Made by a program: the position numbers and the translations under genes. A stretch of DNA of 64,000 nt from Gammaproteobacteria bacterium (GTDB lineage: Bacteria; Pseudomonadota; Gammaproteobacteria; QNFE01). The notes beneath the pieces were generated by a model. That model had not been told where the DNA came from. It did not search any database and saw nothing but the letters and a program-made list of their open reading frames with translations. This document shows, one piece after another, positions 19,181 through 27,902 of the stretch. The stretch is taken from positions 3,406 through 67,405 of the forward strand of contig QNFE01000004.1 in assembly GCA_003645455.1 (NCBI GenBank), read 5' to 3'. The number at the start of each line of letters is the position of its first letter. Within the stretch, counting starts at the first letter, position 1.

Positions 19181-19513
19181 ATGGCAATTGAAGTAAATGG
19201 CACAAGTTATGAGACGGACGAAGAAGGATATTTAACAGATCTTAGTCAGTGGAATAAAGATATCGCCAATAAAATGGCAGAAGCAGAAGATGCAGAGCTC
19301 ACAAGTAATCACTGGGAAGTTATCAGTTTTTTGCGTGAGTATTATGAAGAGTATCAAATCGCCCCTGCGGTGCGAGTTTTAACCAAAGCAATTGGTAAAA
19401 AACTTGGCAAAGACAAAGGTAACAGCAAATATCTATATGAGTTATTCCCATATGGTCCTGCTAAACAGGCTTGTAAGTATGCAGGCTTGCCAAAACCAAC
19501 TGGTTGCGTTTAA
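19181..19513 (+). CDS. dsrC: DsrC (TusE-like sulfur carrier)
   Basis: 110 aa. The C-terminal arm ...ACKYAGLPKPTGCV carries the two conserved cysteines, including the penultimate Cys. Confidence 0.9.
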   Translation: MAIEVNGTSYETDEEGYLTDLSQWNKDIANKMAEAEDAELTSNHWEVISFLREYYEEYQIAPAVRVLTKAIGKKLGKDKGNSKYLYELFPYGPAKQACKYAGLPKPTGCV

Positions 19514-19562
19514 GTAAGGTCTGATTGACTGCCAAAAAACAACAAATGCAGTTATTATTATA

Positions 19563-19584
19563 ACAAGGGGACATGTCCCCTTGT
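19563..19584 (+). terminator. Perfect 22-nt palindrome ACAAGGGGACATGTCCCCTTGT downstream of dsrC (putative attenuator/partial terminator)
   Basis: GC-rich perfect hairpin 50 nt after the dsrC stop, followed 40 nt later by a second weaker hairpin with a T-run (19620..19650). Confidence 0.35.
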
Positions 19585-19680
19585 TAGCAGTTATTCAGAA
19601 CTTACCTTAGCAATATTATTACTCGCTCTTTTTTTTTAAAGAGTGAGCGATTATAATATAAAAATTAAGGCAACAATCAT

Positions 19681-20409
19681 ATGACATTTATCATAGCGGG
19701 ATTCTATTATATAGCTTTTATTATTTTTGTGGGCGGAGTGCTCTTAAAAATCAAACAATACTGGACTACTCCTGCTCCTATTAAAATTCCTACTACCCCC
19801 GCACCGACAACTCGTTTGGGTGTTTTATATCGGATGGGAAAAGAGATTATCGTATTTGAGAGTCTTTTCAAATCCAACAAATGGATTTGGATTTTTGGTT
19901 GGCTTTTTCACTTTGGGATGTTCGCTGTTTTATTTCGTCATTTAAGATATTTTCTTGATCCTGTGCCTGTTATCGTAGTTATGATGCAACCGCTTAAATA
20001 TGCAGCTTTTGCGATGTTAATTGGTTTATCAGGTTTATTATTTCGGCGAATTTTTGTCGCAAGAATTAGATATATTAGCGACCCCTCAGATATTTTAATG
20101 TTAATTCTTATGTTAGGAATTGGCATAAGTGGCACTATGATGACATTTTTTGGTAATGTTGATATTGTTGCTACCAAATCATTTTTTATTGGAATTTTAA
20201 CCTTTAATTTTCAGCCATTTCCCACCCACCCTATGTTACTTATTCATTTAATTTTGGTGGCTGTTTTAATGTTGATTTTTCCATTTAGCAAACTTTTGCA
20301 TGCCCCTGGAATTTTCTTTTCACCTACCCGTAATCAGGTTGATAATGCTCGAGAAAAAAGACATATCGCCCCGTGGGCTGCCAAATTAGACAAAACGAGG
20401 AGTGTGTAA
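19681..20409 (+). CDS. dsrM: DsrM (NarI-like di-heme b membrane protein)
   Basis: 242 aa polytopic membrane protein at the DsrM position. Confidence 0.8.
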   Translation: MTFIIAGFYYIAFIIFVGGVLLKIKQYWTTPAPIKIPTTPAPTTRLGVLYRMGKEIIVFESLFKSNKWIWIFGWLFHFGMFAVLFRHLRYFLDPVPVIVVMMQPLKYAAFAMLIGLSGLLFRRIFVARIRYISDPSDILMLILMLGIGISGTMMTFFGNVDIVATKSFFIGILTFNFQPFPTHPMLLIHLILVAVLMLIFPFSKLLHAPGIFFSPTRNQVDNAREKRHIAPWAAKLDKTRSV

Positions 20410-21940
20410 AATGGCAGATTTTGACATCCCAGCTTATCGCACTATAAAAATAATCCCCAAACCAGTTGAGGGGACTATGGCACATGTTAAACCATACTTT
20501 GCCAAACCAGAACACCAAGAGGCATTAGGATTTCCAGGAGAAAAACCTGAAAATTGGAAACAAATTGCGATTGATAAATTAGGAGAGATTGTCAAAAAAT
20601 ATAAATCCGTGGCTTTGTTTATGGATATATGTGTCAAATGTGGCTCATGCACGGATAAGTGTCATTATTATATCGGCACCTCTGATGCTAAAAATATGCC
20701 AGTTGCTCGTCAAGACTTATTACGCAAGGTATATCGGCGATATTTTACCTTTGCAGGTAAATATTTTCCATGGTTGGTCGGAGCCGTTGATTTAACCGAA
20801 GAGATAATTGATGAATGGTATGTATATTATCATCAATGTTCTCAATGTCGCCGCTGCTCTGTTTTTTGCCCTTATGGCATAGATACTGCCGAGATATCAA
20901 TGGCTGCCAGAGAAATTTTAGATGCCATCGGTATCGGACAAAAATATTGTAATGAAATTCTCGGTAAGGCACAAAAAATTGGTAATAATTTAGGTTTGCC
21001 AGGTCCTGCTTTGGAAAATACTCTGGAGGGATTAGAAGAAGATATAGAAGATGAAACCGGAGTTGTCGTTAAAATGCCTCTTGATGTCAAGGGTGCTGAT
21101 ATTCTATTAGTGACTCCATCTGCTGATTTTTTTGCCGAACCGCATATTGACGGTTTAATAGGTTATGCTAAGGTTTTTCATGCCGCAGGGGCAAGCTGGA
21201 CTATGAGCACCTATGCATCGGAGGCGGGAAACTTTGGAATGTTCATCGGCAATTATGCCAATACCCAAAAACTAACAATGAGAATCCGCAAAGCAGCCCT
21301 TGATTTAGGGGTTAAAAGATTAGTTTTTGGTGAGTGCGGACATGCTTGGCGAGTTGCTTATAGTTTTATGAATACGATGGCAGGTCCATTTGACTTTTTA
21401 GACCCAAAATATCCGGTGCCAGAGCATATTTGCGAATATACTAATAACTTAATAGAGGCAGGAAAACTAAACTTAGACCCATCATTAAATGATGATATGG
21501 TTTTAACTTTTCATGACTCTTGTAATATCGCTCGTGGTTCTCGGATGGGTAAAAAAGCAGGCGGACAATTTGAGATACCGCGTGCTGTTATCAAAGCTGT
21601 ATGTAATAATTATGTTGATATGCCACATGATACCATCAAAGAGGTAACTTTTTGTTGTGGTGGAGGTGGCGGTTTATTGACAGATGATATCATGGAAGTG
21701 CGTGTCAAAGGCGCTTTGCCGAGAATGGAGGCATTAGATGAGGTAACACGTGAACATGGAGTCACTCATATGGCAGCCATTTGTGCTATATGCAAAAGTC
21801 AGTTCACCAAAGTAATTCCATACTATGGTTTTTCCATGGATCAAATTGTCAGCATCCATCAATTGGTAAGCAATGCAATTATCTTAGACGGACAACAAAC
21901 AGAATCAACAACAGAACCTGATAAAAAATCAGCGGATTGA
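20402..21940 (+). CDS. dsrK: DsrK (HdrD-like Fe-S/CCG-domain catalytic subunit)
   Basis: 512 aa with CxxCxxC ferredoxin motifs and C-terminal CCG-type cysteine repeats. Its start overlaps dsrM. Confidence 0.85.
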   Translation: MCKMADFDIPAYRTIKIIPKPVEGTMAHVKPYFAKPEHQEALGFPGEKPENWKQIAIDKLGEIVKKYKSVALFMDICVKCGSCTDKCHYYIGTSDAKNMPVARQDLLRKVYRRYFTFAGKYFPWLVGAVDLTEEIIDEWYVYYHQCSQCRRCSVFCPYGIDTAEISMAAREILDAIGIGQKYCNEILGKAQKIGNNLGLPGPALENTLEGLEEDIEDETGVVVKMPLDVKGADILLVTPSADFFAEPHIDGLIGYAKVFHAAGASWTMSTYASEAGNFGMFIGNYANTQKLTMRIRKAALDLGVKRLVFGECGHAWRVAYSFMNTMAGPFDFLDPKYPVPEHICEYTNNLIEAGKLNLDPSLNDDMVLTFHDSCNIARGSRMGKKAGGQFEIPRAVIKAVCNNYVDMPHDTIKEVTFCCGGGGGLLTDDIMEVRVKGALPRMEALDEVTREHGVTHMAAICAICKSQFTKVIPYYGFSMDQIVSIHQLVSNAIILDGQQTESTTEPDKKSAD

Positions 21941-21978
21941 TTTTAAATATTTATACAATTAAATTTTAGGAGAATTTT

Positions 21979-23958
21979 ATGGCAGTAGAATTAAAAATAA
22001 CAGACAACAAAATAACCTATCTTCGTTTTCGTGATGGTGACAGCAAGTATAAGAGTTATTCAAACAAATATTTGAATGAAGATAAATCATACAAATGTCC
22101 TACATATGTGCACAAAACTCCACCTTGTCAAGGATCATGTCCATCTGGCCATGATGTTCGTGGCTGGCTTGATATAGTGCGTGGGATTGAAAAACCAACC
22201 GGTGATAAAAGTTGGCAAGAATATGCTTTTATGAGAATGACCAAAGCTAATCCATTTCCATCTATTATGGGGCGTGTATGTCCTGCTCCTTGTGAGAGCG
22301 GTTGCAATAGAAATGAGATAGAAGATAAAGTCGGTATCAATTCAGTGGAACAATTTATCGGTGACTATGCTAACGAACATAATTTTCAATTTGCAAAACC
22401 TGCCAATAAAACAGACAAAAAAGTAGCCATTATAGGTGGCGGTCCAGGAGGGCTGGCAGCGGCATACCAGTTAGCAAAATTAGGCCATAACATAACAATT
22501 TTTGAAGAATTGGAAAAGCTTGGCGGTATGATGCTCTATGGTATTCCAGGTTATAGAGTGCCAAGAAAATCGTTAGAGACCGAAATAAACAGAATTTTAT
22601 CACTTGGCATTGAGGTTAAAACTAATACTCGTGTTGGCCAAGATATAAGTCTGGATGATTTAGAAAAAAATTATGATGCAGTCGTGTGGGCGATTGGCAC
22701 CCATAAATCTCGCAACCTACCAGTTGATGGTTTTGATAAAGCTACAAACTGTTTGGGTGGTGTTGAGTTTTTACGAGCCTTTAATGAGGGCAAATTACAA
22801 AGTTCTGCTAAAAAAGTTGTTGTTGTTGGTGGTGGTGATACCTCAATTGATGTCGCCTCCGTCTCTCGCAGGATAGGTTATGTAGAAGGTAGTGCACCTG
22901 CCGAAGATGTATTATCAGGTAAAGCTGTCCATAATGTTGCTAAAGATTCAAAAAGAGAGGACTCAGATGTCACTTTGACCTCACTTTTCCCACTTGAAAA
23001 TATGACAGCCGCAGAACATGAAATTAACGATGCTATACGAGAGGGCATAGATATAAAAGCAGGAGTTATGCCATTGAAAATGATAATTGATAATAACGGT
23101 CGTGCTACGGCAATGAAGTTATGTAAATGCACAATGGATGGCGAGCGTCCCATTAAAACAGAAGGCACGGAATTTGAAATCAAAGCAGATTTATTTGTTG
23201 CTGCCATAGGTCAAGCAGGAGACATGACAGGCTTAGAGAGCATAGATAATGGTAAGAGCTTTATTGATGCGGATAATTTTTATCAAGTAAAAGATAAACA
23301 GGGGCATTTCGTTTGTGGTGATATTGTTCGTCCGCATCTTTTAACAACTGCAATCGGGCAAGCATCAATTGTCTCAGATGGTGTGCACTCTTATTTATCA
23401 GGAGAAGATATAGGAAAAAGACCAAAGGTTGATGTTCATCATTTTAGTTTGTTAGAAAAATTAAAAGAACACAACTTATATCCAGAAGACTTTGTCGGTA
23501 ATCAAGAGGATACGGACGCTAAAAATGATACTGAATTTAATGGTCATCGTGGCACAGATACTGCAAAATATGCTGTGCATAACTACGAAAATCGCTCTAA
23601 ACACGAAATTGTAGAACACGAAGAACTGTTTTTAGGGCATTTTGCCTATGAGCCAAGGAACAAAAGAGACTCCAAAGAAATCGGGGCAGATGAAGTCTTA
23701 GGCAACTTTGAAGAGAGATTAATTTGTTTGAATGAGGAGACAACCCAAAAGGAGGCGGGTAGATGTATGAGTTGTGGGATGTGTTTTGAATGTGATAATT
23801 GTGTAATTTTTTGTCCGCAAGATGCTATTTTTAGAGTTAAAAAAGATAGCAAAACCACTGGTCGTTATGTCGATACTGATTATAATAAATGTATTGGTTG
23901 TCATATCTGTGCTGATGTATGTCCGACAGGTTATATTGAAATGGCAATGGGGCATTAA
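21979..23958 (+). CDS. dsrL: DsrL (NAD(P)H:acceptor oxidoreductase, GltD-like, with C-terminal ferredoxin domain)
   Basis: 659 aa with FAD/NAD binding GGGPGG, a GltD-like core and a C-terminal 2x[4Fe-4S] motif. Confidence 0.85.
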   Translation: MAVELKITDNKITYLRFRDGDSKYKSYSNKYLNEDKSYKCPTYVHKTPPCQGSCPSGHDVRGWLDIVRGIEKPTGDKSWQEYAFMRMTKANPFPSIMGRVCPAPCESGCNRNEIEDKVGINSVEQFIGDYANEHNFQFAKPANKTDKKVAIIGGGPGGLAAAYQLAKLGHNITIFEELEKLGGMMLYGIPGYRVPRKSLETEINRILSLGIEVKTNTRVGQDISLDDLEKNYDAVVWAIGTHKSRNLPVDGFDKATNCLGGVEFLRAFNEGKLQSSAKKVVVVGGGDTSIDVASVSRRIGYVEGSAPAEDVLSGKAVHNVAKDSKREDSDVTLTSLFPLENMTAAEHEINDAIREGIDIKAGVMPLKMIIDNNGRATAMKLCKCTMDGERPIKTEGTEFEIKADLFVAAIGQAGDMTGLESIDNGKSFIDADNFYQVKDKQGHFVCGDIVRPHLLTTAIGQASIVSDGVHSYLSGEDIGKRPKVDVHHFSLLEKLKEHNLYPEDFVGNQEDTDAKNDTEFNGHRGTDTAKYAVHNYENRSKHEIVEHEELFLGHFAYEPRNKRDSKEIGADEVLGNFEERLICLNEETTQKEAGRCMSCGMCFECDNCVIFCPQDAIFRVKKDSKTTGRYVDTDYNKCIGCHICADVCPTGYIEMAMGH

Positions 23959-23961
23959 TAG

Positions 23962-24330
23962 ATGAAAAATTGGCTACTTTTAATGAGTTTTTTTGTATCG
24001 TTTGCAATTCATGCAGATGATAACAATTCATACTTGCCAAAAGCAAAAGCCGGCACAAAATGTGTGGAAGACCGACAAATTATGCGAACCAATCATATGG
24101 ATTTAATCTTACATCAACGAGATAAAACTATGCGAGATGGCAAAAGAGACGGCAGACACTCTTTAAAAGAGTGTATAAATTGCCATGTAACAAAAAATGA
24201 TAAGAATGAATATCCAAATATTGACTCATCACAACATTTTTGTAACTCTTGTCATACCTATGTTGCTGTTAAAACTGATTGTTTTTCTTGCCACCGTTCT
24301 ATCCCTGAAAACAAACAGGTAAAAAAATGA
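23962..24330 (+). CDS. dsrJ: DsrJ (periplasmic tri-heme cytochrome c)
   Basis: Signal peptide plus three CxxCH motifs (CINCH, CNSCH, CFSCH). Confidence 0.85.
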   Translation: MKNWLLLMSFFVSFAIHADDNNSYLPKAKAGTKCVEDRQIMRTNHMDLILHQRDKTMRDGKRDGRHSLKECINCHVTKNDKNEYPNIDSSQHFCNSCHTYVAVKTDCFSCHRSIPENKQVKK

Positions 24331-25046
24331 ATAAATTAAACCGCCGAGAATTTATCAAAAAAACTACAAATACTGCTGCCATAAGTATTTTACCTGGTGT
24401 TTTTTTGCAAACGGTAAATGCTAAAGGTGCTGATGTTAAAAATCGTTGGGGGATGTTGATTGATACTCGTGGATGTGGTGACTGTAAAAATGAGTGCATA
24501 ACAGCCTGTCATAGCGAACATGCGGTAAAAAGCTTTGATCGCCCCCAAACAGACAGCCAATGGATAAGAAAAGTTACAGTTAAAAACAGAAAAACTTCCC
24601 ACACAATGGCGTTACCTATAATGTGTCAACATTGTGAAAAACCTGCTTGTGTTGATGTTTGTCCTACTGGTGCATCATTCAAACGTGTCGACGGCATAGT
24701 TTTGGTTGACCGGCATATTTGTATCGGTTGTCGTTACTGTATGATGGCATGCCCTTATAAAGCTCGTAATTTTGTTCATGAGAATCTTAGTGAACAAAAT
24801 ACCATATCTCCTCGTGGCAAAGGCACAGTGGAGGCTTGCACGATGTGTGTTCACAGAATAGACAAAGATGGAGCAAAAGCTAAAACTGCTTGTCAACAAG
24901 CATGCCCTAAAAATTCTATAATTTTTGGTGATTTAAATGATAAAAATAGTGGTATATCAAAAAAATTAAAAGCAATGGGTGCCAGACAAATTAGAGCAGA
25001 TTTAAACCTAAATCCTGCTGTATTATATCAAGGGTTGGACTTATGA
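24327..25046 (+). CDS. dsrO: DsrO (Tat-exported 4Fe-4S ferredoxin-like subunit)
   Basis: Twin-arginine-like NRREFIKK leader and multiple Cx2Cx2Cx3CP motifs. Its stop codon is supplied by the first 3 nt of a mini-MITE. Confidence 0.85.
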   Translation: MNKLNRREFIKKTTNTAAISILPGVFLQTVNAKGADVKNRWGMLIDTRGCGDCKNECITACHSEHAVKSFDRPQTDSQWIRKVTVKNRKTSHTMALPIMCQHCEKPACVDVCPTGASFKRVDGIVLVDRHICIGCRYCMMACPYKARNFVHENLSEQNTISPRGKGTVEACTMCVHRIDKDGAKAKTACQQACPKNSIIFGDLNDKNSGISKKLKAMGARQIRADLNLNPAVLYQGLDL

Positions 25047-25114
25047 AACCTTTGCATAATTCAATCACAATTTATAACAACAATAAAATGCACCTGAAAT
25101 ATGAAAAGGTCTCA
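25044..25114. repeat. Internally deleted (71 bp) copy of MITE family 1 exactly filling the dsrO-dsrP intergenic space
   Basis: TGAAACCTTTGCATAATTCAATCACAATTTATAACAA...AAATGCAC...TGAAAAGGTCTCA. The termini match the family-1 TIRs and the interior matches the full copies (CACAATTTATAAAACAAATA, AAATGCAC). It is flanked by TTA/TTA. Confidence 0.6.
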
Positions 25115-25116
25115 TT

Positions 25117-26331
25117 ATGAAAAAACAAACATCATTTAGTCAATTTTCTAATAATAGTTTTTTTTACTGGTCTTTGTTAGTTTTATTCGGTGGCATAATT
25201 TTGATAGGTTTGCTCGCAGTGCATCAAATGGAACATCACGGACATCATATCACAGGGATGAGTCAACAAATAGTCTGGGGTTTGCCTCATGTTTTTGCTA
25301 TATTTTTAATTGTCGCAGCCTCGGGTGCTTTAAATATCTCATCTATGTCATCGGTATTTAATCGAACTCATTATAAACCTCTATCTCGTTTGAGTGCCAT
25401 GTTATCAATTTGCCTGCTCGCAGGTGGTTTGGCAGTTTTAGTGCTTGATTTGGGTCGTCCCGATCGGCTAATTGTTGCGATGACTCATTATAATTTTAAA
25501 TCAATTTTTGCTTGGAATATAATTTTATATAACGGTTTTTTTGCTATTGTTTTTGTTTATATTTGGATGATGATGGAACAAAAAATGAATAAGTTTAGCA
25601 AATTAGCGGGCTTTTTTGCTTTTCTTTGGCGTCTGATATTAACCACAGGAACCGGCTCAATTTTTGGCTTTTTGTTTGCCAGAGAGGCATATGATGCGGC
25701 TATTATGGGGCCGATGTTTGTTATAATGTCTTTCTCGTTTGGTTTGGCATTTTTTATGTTGGTGATGGGATTGTTATATAAATTAGACGGCAGGCAAATT
25801 GGCGATTATGTTTTTAATAAACTTCGCAAATTACTGGGTGTATTTATCGCTGCTGTGCTTTATTTTGTCATCGTTAAACATTTGACAAATCTATATGCCG
25901 CCGAACACACAGATATGGAATATTTTATGCTTTTTGGTGACAACATCTACACTCAACTTTTTTGGTATGGGCAGGTGTTATTAGGTGGTTTATTGCCACT
26001 GATTATGCTCTATGGTCCGCTGTGTAAAAAATCTCGTTTGACAGGGTATTTGGCTGCTTTTCTGGTTGTATTAGGTGGCCTGATTCAGATTTATGTAATT
26101 GTTATCGGTGGACAAGCCTATCCTTTGGTGCTGTTCCCTGGGATGGAAGTTACCAGTTCCTTTTTTGACGGAACTATCAACTCATATATACCATCAAAAT
26201 ATGAAATTGCTCTGGGGGTTTCAGGTGTTGCTATCACTTTATTAGCCATAGTTTTTGCCAGTCGCATTTTACCAGTGGCAGCCGACAACCTATCAGATGA
26301 GTATGTTAATCCACACTTTAAGAAAAAATAA
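25117..26331 (+). CDS. dsrP: DsrP (NrfD/PsrC-like integral membrane quinone-interacting subunit)
   Basis: 404 aa with ~10 TM segments, last gene of the dsrMKJOP module. Confidence 0.85.
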   Translation: MKKQTSFSQFSNNSFFYWSLLVLFGGIILIGLLAVHQMEHHGHHITGMSQQIVWGLPHVFAIFLIVAASGALNISSMSSVFNRTHYKPLSRLSAMLSICLLAGGLAVLVLDLGRPDRLIVAMTHYNFKSIFAWNIILYNGFFAIVFVYIWMMMEQKMNKFSKLAGFFAFLWRLILTTGTGSIFGFLFAREAYDAAIMGPMFVIMSFSFGLAFFMLVMGLLYKLDGRQIGDYVFNKLRKLLGVFIAAVLYFVIVKHLTNLYAAEHTDMEYFMLFGDNIYTQLFWYGQVLLGGLLPLIMLYGPLCKKSRLTGYLAAFLVVLGGLIQIYVIVIGGQAYPLVLFPGMEVTSSFFDGTINSYIPSKYEIALGVSGVAITLLAIVFASRILPVAADNLSDEYVNPHFKKK

Positions 26332-26374
26332 ATGACATTAACTGCTTGAATCCTATGTATTTTAGTTTCATCTG

Positions 26375-26431
26375 TCATGCTGAACCACCTACTCCGTCAT
26401 GCTAAACCACCTACTCCGTCATGCTGAACTT
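26375..26431. repeat. Tandem 22-mer array (GTCATGCTGAACCACCTACTCC x2.5)
   Basis: Direct contiguous copies, one with a single substitution. Confidence 0.8.
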
Positions 26432-26489
26432 GATTCAGTATCCATTCATCCAGCAAGATATTCCATGTCTCATAGATAGATTCCGTATC

Positions 26490-26590
26490 AAGCACGGAAT
26501 GACGAGAAAGAACAAAGCACGGAATGACGAGAAAGAACAAAGCACGGAATGACGAGAAAGAACAAAGCACGGAATAATGAGAGTGAGAGG
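26490..26590. repeat. Tandem 25-mer array (AAGCACGGAATGACGAGAAAGAACA x3 + diverged partial copy)
   Basis: Three perfect contiguous copies then AAGCACGGAATAATGAGAGTGAGAGG. Between the two arrays lies a unique segment related to the left dsr-flank repeat. Confidence 0.8.
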
Positions 26591-26660
26591 TTTAATTTAC
26601 TTTGATAACTTTTGTTAGTGGTTATGAAGAGGATATTGTCATGATATAAAATAGAGTTTT

Positions 26661-27887
26661 CTATGTTTTTATAACTTCTTTAATGACCTTTAAGTGAGCT
26701 TTATTTATAACTTTATTTATTTCTTTATTTGTCCGTGCACCTGACTCTGCAATAACTTTTTTATTGTCTATCTTTAAAACCTGCTCTAAAATATTAGCAA
26801 AAATATTAGCTTGTGGATATTCATCTTTTTCGTGTTTTGTTCTGCCTCGTGCATCAGATTTGCAACAGGATAAAAATAATTTAAAATCATCACTTTGTCC
26901 TATTGCTCTCATTGAGTTTAAAGTTTTTAAAATTGTGGTGGCTTTGAGTTGAGTTATTTTATGGCAGTGGGTATGAAATTTTGCCACAGAGCTGGCAAAT
27001 TTTTGATATTGAGTTGGAATTTTTAATCTATTAGAGAATTCGTTGATTATTTTAACTCCTCTTTTTTCATGACCGTAATGACTTGGTAAGATTGCATCTG
27101 TTGTTGTGCCTTTACCAAAGTCGTGGCACAATACTCCAAAGCGCATTTTTGTATTGTCACTTATTTTACAGGCTTGTTTTAAAGCTAACATTGTATGAAT
27201 GCCACTATCTACCTCAGGGTGATATTTGGCAGGTTGAGGTTTGCCAAAAAGGTTATTTATTTCAGGATATAGGATTTTAAGGGCATCCACTGCTCTTAAT
27301 AGGTTAAAATATTCTTGGGGGTCAGGTTGGGACAAGGCTTTTTTAGTCTCAACCCATACTCGCTCACTGACTAAGGAATTAAGCTCGCCATTTTTTGTCA
27401 TTTTAAGCATTAAATCATAGGTTTCATCTGCTACCTTAAAACCTAAGTGATATAATTTTGCATAAAATCTTGCTAGGCGTAAAACCCTCAGAGGATCTTC
27501 GATAAAGGAGCTTGACACATGGCGTAATATTTTGTTTTTTAGGTCTTGAATCCCATGGTAGGGGTCAATTAGTTTGCCATTTTTATCTTCGGCTATGGCA
27601 TTTATAGTTAAATCTCGGCGACATAAATCCTGCTCTAATGAAACTGTTTTATCAAAGTTAGTCTCAAAACCGCAATATCCCGGGGATATTTTTCGCTCAA
27701 CTCTTGCTAAGGCATATTCCTCAGAGGTAGTAGGATGTAAAAAAACTGGGAAATCTTTACCAACTTGTTTGTAGCCTAATTTTAAAAGTGTGGCAGGTTC
27801 GCTACCTACGATTATCCAGTCTTTCTCCACAACTGGTAACTTTAAAAGCCGGTCTCGGATAGCACCACCAACAAGATATGTTTCCAT
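26661..27887 (-). CDS. cca: Multifunctional CCA-adding tRNA nucleotidyltransferase with HD phosphohydrolase domain
   Basis: The N-terminus METYLVGGAIRDRLL matches the Cca start; the NTase-fold GG motif, polyA-polymerase head and C-terminal HD domain fit Cca. Confidence 0.85.
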   Translation of the reverse strand: METYLVGGAIRDRLLKLPVVEKDWIIVGSEPATLLKLGYKQVGKDFPVFLHPTTSEEYALARVERKISPGYCGFETNFDKTVSLEQDLCRRDLTINAIAEDKNGKLIDPYHGIQDLKNKILRHVSSSFIEDPLRVLRLARFYAKLYHLGFKVADETYDLMLKMTKNGELNSLVSERVWVETKKALSQPDPQEYFNLLRAVDALKILYPEINNLFGKPQPAKYHPEVDSGIHTMLALKQACKISDNTKMRFGVLCHDFGKGTTTDAILPSHYGHEKRGVKIINEFSNRLKIPTQYQKFASSVAKFHTHCHKITQLKATTILKTLNSMRAIGQSDDFKLFLSCCKSDARGRTKHEKDEYPQANIFANILEQVLKIDNKKVIAESGARTNKEINKVINKAHLKVIKEVIKT

Positions 27888-27902
27888 GTGCTTTTATGTT
27901 AT

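Noticed and set aside
570-24900. Numerous 60-150-aa ORFs on the opposite strand or in alternative frames inside hsdR, hsdM, dnaE, acs and dsr genes (e.g. 570..860, 12785..13201, 16006..16200, 22878..23207)
   Set aside because: They are fully embedded in long, well-supported genes, have low-complexity or biased composition, and show no independent start or RBS context. They are typical shadow ORFs.
26375-26590. Possible CRISPR array
   Set aside because: The repeats are directly contiguous 22-mers and 25-mers with no unique spacers between them and no cas genes nearby. These are minisatellite-type tandem repeats, not CRISPR.
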